Below are positions 59,033 to 64,000 of a stretch of DNA of 64,000 nt, piece by piece. The notes under the pieces were generated by a model. That model made no database searches. It was not told the origin of the DNA and saw only the letters and a list, made by a program, of their open reading frames with translations. Position numbers and translations under genes: made by a program. The stretch is taken from contig CAZILH010000001.1 of assembly GCA_964540095.1 (NCBI GenBank), positions 2,552 through 66,551 on the forward strand, read 5' to 3'. Source of the DNA: an uncultured Gammaproteobacteria bacterium (GTDB taxonomy: Bacteria; Patescibacteriota; Patescibacteriia; UBA1558; GWA2-36-10). Each line of letters begins with the position of its first letter. The first letter of the stretch is position 1.

Positions 59033-59398
59033 ATGAAAAAATTATTAGTTGCTTTAATGCTTTTAGCGCCAAGTATGGCCATGGCTCAAGCTCCTGACAT
59101 AAGTGAAGATCCATTTGGTCGCAATACCCTAGGAGAGCTTTCAACAGCGGGTGAAAGCAAAGACATATTTGTGGTAATTTCAAATATTACGAATATCATC
59201 TTGACTTTCTTAGGCGCGATTGCCGTCTTGTTATTCCTTTATGGTGGATTCAAATGGTTCACTTCTCAGGGTAACAGTGAGCAAATTGAAGCTGCCAAGA
59301 AAATCATGGGCGCCGCCGTTGTTGGCTTGGCCATTATTTTCGCTTCATACGCCGCCGCTCAATACATCTTTGATCAATTATCAAATCAACTTTTATAG
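59033..59398 (+). CDS. CPR pilin (TrbC/VirB2-like), probable major subunit
   Basis: AGGAGGTGA SD before ATG 59033; GAIAVLLFLYGGFKWFTSQGN..QIEAAKK. Confidence 0.85.
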   Translation: MKKLLVALMLLAPSMAMAQAPDISEDPFGRNTLGELSTAGESKDIFVVISNITNIILTFLGAIAVLLFLYGGFKWFTSQGNSEQIEAAKKIMGAAVVGLAIIFASYAAAQYIFDQLSNQLL

Positions 59399-59471
59399 CG
59401 GTATATTTGAACTCAGACATATAGTCTAGACTATAGTAGGCAAACTTTTTGCCTACTAAGGTGTGAATTAT

Positions 59472-59855
59472 ATGTATCAATATATTATTTCCTTATTTCT
59501 ATTGTTGCCTTTTACTGCCCTAGCAGTGAATCCTTTGGACTCTTTGAATGAAGCGGCTGGAGGCACTGGCTTGGTGAGTAATAAAACTCCGATTCAAATT
59601 ATTACCTCCATTATCAACACCATCCTTTATTTTGTGGGGGCCATAGTTATTGTTCTGATGCTTTGGGCGGGTTTCAAGTGGATGACCTCAGCTGGCAACA
59701 CCGACGCCATCAAAAAATCTAGAGAAACTATTATCAATGCCGTGATTGGCTTGGTAATTATTTTCGCTTCATATGTAATAGTCAATTATGTAATGCTAAG
59801 ATTGATTGAGGGTATTGGTGTTGGGGGTGTAACGGGCTCCACGGTTATTGATTAA
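59472..59855 (+). CDS. CPR pilin (TrbC/VirB2-like)
   Basis: GAIVIVLMLWAGFKWMTSAGN.DAIKKS...AVIGLVIIF. Confidence 0.85.
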   Translation: MYQYIISLFLLLPFTALAVNPLDSLNEAAGGTGLVSNKTPIQIITSIINTILYFVGAIVIVLMLWAGFKWMTSAGNTDAIKKSRETIINAVIGLVIIFASYVIVNYVMLRLIEGIGVGGVTGSTVID

Positions 59856-59935
59856 TTAATATTAGATTTTTATAAAAATAAATAACGGCTCCAATCTATC
59901 ATCGATTGGAGCCGTGTTGTGACACCGCGGTGATC

Positions 59936-60583
59936 CTAGTGGATCAAGAACACTGCGTCGACAGCGCGACCTTTATAAGGCACCTTATGGCCAGGTGCCA
60001 AGTAATGATAGCGATGTCCTATTGTGGCATAGGTGTTTGCGTTTGCGAGTCGCCAGCTGAGAAAGTACTCACCATCGACAACGAACAAGGTTTTGTCCTC
60101 AAAGGTTTTGAGGATAAAGGTATTACCTCGCCCATCAGCAAAGCTCAGGGGCATCGGGCTGGTGTTCTCCACAACGATTTCCAACTTTGCCCAGTTGCGG
60201 AGTAGATCCTCGGTGATGGTGATGGCTTGGTTGAATAGGCCAACACCCCTGTAGTGTTGTACTCGCAACTCGCCGTTGTAGCCAACCACTTCCTTCCAGG
60301 AGACTTCGTAGTCGAAGTACTTCTTGGAGGTGAACTCGACTGGCAGGGAGTCCCTGTAGGCCACCGGCATGAAAACCCCGCCATTCACAGCGATCGATAC
60401 CCAGCCGTCGTATTGCTGGTAAAAACCGATGCTGGTGATCGGTTTATCATCCCCGTAGGGATGATCCAACGGGCGACCTTCTCGGTCTTGGTAATCGACA
60501 CCCAGGCCAAAGGGCAGGCGGCCAGCGCAGCCACAGAGCGGTAGCAGGGCCACCAGGCACAGGGAAACAAACACGTTACGCAT
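59936..60583 (-). CDS. putative lipoprotein (GC-rich orphan)
   Basis: GAGGTG SD before ATG 60583; lipobox LCG|C; TTGACA at 60674-60669; terminator hairpin about 59885-59915. Confidence 0.75.
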   Translation of the reverse strand: MRNVFVSLCLVALLPLCGCAGRLPFGLGVDYQDREGRPLDHPYGDDKPITSIGFYQQYDGWVSIAVNGGVFMPVAYRDSLPVEFTSKKYFDYEVSWKEVVGYNGELRVQHYRGVGLFNQAITITEDLLRNWAKLEIVVENTSPMPLSFADGRGNTFILKTFEDKTLFVVDGEYFLSWRLANANTYATIGHRYHYLAPGHKVPYKGRAVDAVFLIH

Positions 60584-60730
60584 ATAGCACCTCACTTGTT
60601 CAAGGTTCGGATTCATGCCCAAAATAGGGCTTTTACTAACATTATATTATATACTAAATATCAATATTTGTCAATGTCACACTTTAAAAACAAGCCGACG
60701 GCTTGAATTTGGTGTGCTATAATTATACTG

Positions 60731-62620
60731 ATGAATTTTGTCAGTAGAATAAAATTCGACATAACCAAACACAGCCCAAGATATCTGTGGGGCAGTATTC
60801 TGGTCTTTATTTTGTTTTTTACTTTTTTGGTTCTCAAGAAATATTATTATTTTGGTTACAACATTTCTGACTTGGGTATTTTTAACCAAACTTTTTTCAA
60901 TACTTTACATGGTCGTTGGTTTGCTGAAACCATTACCTTGAACAATTATCTAGCTGATCATTTTTCACCGGCCCTGCTTTTGCTGTTGCCGTTTTATGCC
61001 ATCAAGCCATCAGCCAGCACCTTGCTGATTATTCAAGTGATAATTACCGCTCTATCAGCTTGGCCAATTTATCTTATTGCCAAAAAATATTCTAGCAATG
61101 TCATCTTTGCTTATGGCGTAGCTTTTTTGTGGCTGACCAATCCTTTTGTGCATCGTCAGGTATTATTTGAGTTTCATATGTTGCACCTGATGGTCTTTTT
61201 GTTTTTTTGGGCTTTTTATTTTTATCAGCAAAAAAAGACCAAGTGGTTTGTATTGTTTTTCATTCTCACCCTACTTACTCGTGAAGATACTGCTTTTTTG
61301 TTTTTGGGTCTGGCCTTGTTTAGTTTGTTAGAAAAAAGGTCACTAAAGTTTAGTATAAATATTTTTATTAGCTCATTAGTATATTTTTTGGTGGCGGTTT
61401 ATATTATCAGTTTGGTTTCGCCAGCCAATAGTTTCAAATTTTTGGTATATTATGATTGGCTGGGGGGCGATAGCATGTTTAGCATTATTTTTAACTGGCT
61501 GAAGCACCCCTTGGCCGTGCTTGGTCACATTTTTACCACAAATAATATTGTTCTTATTTTTTATTATTTTTTACCATTTCTTTTTATTCCGTTTTTAGCC
61601 AAAAAATATTTACTTTTGTCGCTAGTTCCATTTTTGTTATATCTGATGAAGAATGGTGGCATCAATGGCGTCCAGTTACAAACGCACTATGTCATGTTTT
61701 TGATGCCCGGAATTTTCTTGGCCTATATTTTTGGGCTTTGGTTCATATTTAGTAAAAAAAATGTTCAAAAATTAGGACTGGTTTATAAACACCGGCCATT
61801 TTTTATTGCCCTATTTGTTTTTTCAATTTTATTTTTTGTGATATTTGACACACCCATTTTTTCAGTACTTAGCAAGAAATTTTTACCAAATTACCATCAA
61901 GATAGGCAAAAAATAATTGACCTAATTCCAGCCCAGGCAACAGTGTGCGCGGATTCGTCATTTTTACCGGCCTTGAGCACACGCAGAGAGATCTACAATA
62001 TTGATTATGCTTATTACGGCAAGACAATATTTGCGGAAAGAGATTTTAGCTTGCCAAAAGTAGATTATATCTTGATGGATATGAGCCAATTTATTTCCAC
62101 CAAAAATGATAGTAATAGCCCGCTATATTGGAAACATGGCGATCCACTGACTATGCCGGATCGCTGGGGGGCTGTTTTGGCGGATTACAACTTGACTTAT
62201 GCCAAAGATAATATTTTTTTGTGGCAGAGCAAGGGCACTTCTGGCCAAAAGGGCTGGCCTTATTTTGAGCTTGGGTCAGTGGCGAGCGGAGAAGATGGTC
62301 TGCTCAAGGACTGGTCATTAACACGGTCTTCTGAAGGGCAGACATTAAAAATAAATTACAATAATTTGGACTCCAATTATTATCTAGTCAGATTTTATCA
62401 GAACGACCAATATTGGGAAGTGCTTTTTGATTATGGGCTTTATTCTTTGGCACAAAACAAAGCCGGGCAAACAGCAACAGTTTATTATTATTTGAACAGC
62501 CAAGTTGACTCCTTTGAGATTTATCATTATGAGAGTCGCAATGTTTTGGGCGACTGGAGTAACTTGGGCCTGCTTATCAAAAGAGAAAAAGTATTTGACA
62601 GAGCTTATTTTAGCCAATAA
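60731..62620 (+). CDS. DUF2079-family membrane protein (putative GT-C glycosyltransferase)
   Basis: DLGIFNQ, LADHFSP, FEFH, LTRED, HY motifs; many TM helices. Confidence 0.8.
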   Translation: MNFVSRIKFDITKHSPRYLWGSILVFILFFTFLVLKKYYYFGYNISDLGIFNQTFFNTLHGRWFAETITLNNYLADHFSPALLLLLPFYAIKPSASTLLIIQVIITALSAWPIYLIAKKYSSNVIFAYGVAFLWLTNPFVHRQVLFEFHMLHLMVFLFFWAFYFYQQKKTKWFVLFFILTLLTREDTAFLFLGLALFSLLEKRSLKFSINIFISSLVYFLVAVYIISLVSPANSFKFLVYYDWLGGDSMFSIIFNWLKHPLAVLGHIFTTNNIVLIFYYFLPFLFIPFLAKKYLLLSLVPFLLYLMKNGGINGVQLQTHYVMFLMPGIFLAYIFGLWFIFSKKNVQKLGLVYKHRPFFIALFVFSILFFVIFDTPIFSVLSKKFLPNYHQDRQKIIDLIPAQATVCADSSFLPALSTRREIYNIDYAYYGKTIFAERDFSLPKVDYILMDMSQFISTKNDSNSPLYWKHGDPLTMPDRWGAVLADYNLTYAKDNIFLWQSKGTSGQKGWPYFELGSVASGEDGLLKDWSLTRSSEGQTLKINYNNLDSNYYLVRFYQNDQYWEVLFDYGLYSLAQNKAGQTATVYYYLNSQVDSFEIYHYESRNVLGDWSNLGLLIKREKVFDRAYFSQ

Positions 62621-62624
62621 TTAG

Positions 62625-63998
62625 CTAGTAAGCTATTTTATAAATTAGAAAATATTTATCTTCATAGGATAAGGAAATATTCCGGTCTTTTTTTATATTG
62701 GTGATTAAGTTTTCGTGCCGATTTTTTTCCACAAAAATATAGCTACTTTTAAAATTATTTTTGATTTCCCAAGCGAGATTGTCTTTTAGGTCGCCCTTGG
62801 TGATATCAATGTATTTTTTTTGTAAATCCGGATGCGAAAAATACATAAAAGAAAAATCTAAGCCAACAATATAATAATTGTGGTCGTTATAATAAAAAAG
62901 CATTGGCCACTCGTCCCAGTCCTCGTGGAAGATTACGCTATTTTTGGGGGTGTTGTTTTTTAGCCAATTGGCACTTGACTGGTAGCGATCAATTGAGAGA
63001 TCTTTGGGTGTTTTGGTATCTAATATTTTTTTGTAAATATTTGGTTGCGCAATAATACAAAAAACAGCCAAATAAATTAATAAAAATGTTTTTTGCCATT
63101 TAAGCAGAGAGCGCAAGTATTTGGTAATTGTTTTAAAGCCAATTTTTTTAATAATATCAGTCCAAGCACTGGCTGTAAAAATTAATAAAAAAGGAAGATA
63201 ATATTCAACAAAGCGGTATGATTTTAGGGTCAATAACAAAAATAAAAAGCTTAGCAAAAAACTAAACCAGCTTAAATGGCTAATTTTTTTGTAATTGAAA
63301 AACAAAATTATTATGGCCATGATTCCCAAAATAAAAAAATAATCGCCCGAATGTATTACTTGCGGGATTGAGCGACCATACCACTCGCCACCAACAGAAA
63401 AAAGATAGCCATAGTTAATGACTCCGATTAGAAAAAATTGTTCGTAATAAAATTTTAGATTATAAGGAAAGTAGGGGTTGATTATTACGCCAGCCAACAA
63501 ACCGCTCATCAAGAATAGTAAGGTTTTTTTATCAGCAATGAATTTGTTTTTATCATCCCAAGATATGAGTAGGCGCCGGTGAAAGAGCTTGATTTTTTTG
63601 TGGTGTATAAAATCGTAAATGGTTGTCGCTAGCAAAAAAATAAGTCCCAGCAAAAAGGCGATCGGCCAGCCACCATAGAGCCAAACAAAAAGAAATCCCA
63701 AAGTAAAAATCAGCCAGCGCTTTTTGTAATACAAAGCATAAATAAAAAAGCAGATAAATATTAAAGATAAGCTATTTACTTTGATTAGGGTTAGGCGAAA
63801 AGTAAGATCTGGCAAGCTGATTAGCAAAAAAGCCCACAACCACGGCCAGACAATGTTTAGCTTTTTAAATAGCCAGTAGAAAGTTAGCCCCATTAAAGCG
63901 GCAAAAAATACTGTGGCCACCTTGACCCCGATTAACGGTGATTGAATGTAGGTAAAAGGGACTAATAATAGATGATAAAGCAGGTGGTGGTCAGTAAA
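62625..63998 (-). CDS. multi-pass membrane protein, putative GT-C glycosyltransferase (5'-partial)
   Basis: frame open to window edge (FTDHHLLYHLLLVPF); many TMs, INPYFP, GGEW, WLKNNTP...DWD. Confidence 0.7.
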   Translation of the reverse strand, partial: FTDHHLLYHLLLVPFTYIQSPLIGVKVATVFFAALMGLTFYWLFKKLNIVWPWLWAFLLISLPDLTFRLTLIKVNSLSLIFICFFIYALYYKKRWLIFTLGFLFVWLYGGWPIAFLLGLIFLLATTIYDFIHHKKIKLFHRRLLISWDDKNKFIADKKTLLFLMSGLLAGVIINPYFPYNLKFYYEQFFLIGVINYGYLFSVGGEWYGRSIPQVIHSGDYFFILGIMAIIILFFNYKKISHLSWFSFLLSFLFLLLTLKSYRFVEYYLPFLLIFTASAWTDIIKKIGFKTITKYLRSLLKWQKTFLLIYLAVFCIIAQPNIYKKILDTKTPKDLSIDRYQSSANWLKNNTPKNSVIFHEDWDEWPMLFYYNDHNYYIVGLDFSFMYFSHPDLQKKYIDITKGDLKDNLAWEIKNNFKSSYIFVEKNRHENLITNIKKDRNISLSYEDKYFLIYKIAY

Positions 63999-64000
63999 GT

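Noticed and set aside
1-64000. Alternative genetic code (UGA=Gly as in Gracilibacteria/Absconditabacteria)
   Set aside because: Long core genes translate fully under code 11 and several ORFs end plausibly at TGA.

Overview
AT-rich bacterial chromosome segment (genetic code 11). It most likely comes from a Patescibacteria/CPR genome, inferred from the CPR-type pilin array, the short SMC, the absence of rimM beside rpsP/khpA/trmD, and many orphan membrane proteins. It spans the replication origin (yidC-yidD-rnpA-rpmH <- oriC -> dnaA-dnaN), where core-gene orientation flips from - to +. Core genes include trmD, khpA, rpsP, smc, rnc, a nusB-Nudix fusion, rpmF, ssb, rnhB, gdhA, trxB/trxA, ruvA, murE, rpoB, rpoC, ftsK, recA and galU, plus three tRNAs (Val-GAC, Leu-TAG, Arg-CCT) and four pilins. 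The most striking unexplained structure is a second class of about 14 GC-rich stand-alone genes scattered between AT-rich core genes. Most have their own TTGACA promoter, all have a Shine-Dalgarno (rare in the core genes) and a 3' GC hairpin, and several hairpins share an AC-rich loop (WACAMAC). Other notable elements: five promoter-driven structured ncRNA candidates (two in tandem just downstream of rnc); two ~110-bp MITE-like elements with covarying terminal repeats, one inserted exactly in the trmD start codon; a probable remote diversity-generating-retroelement target gene with no RT or template repeat in the window; and a small REP/BIME-like cluster. All assignments come from reading the sequence and ORF track; no searches or folding programs were run.
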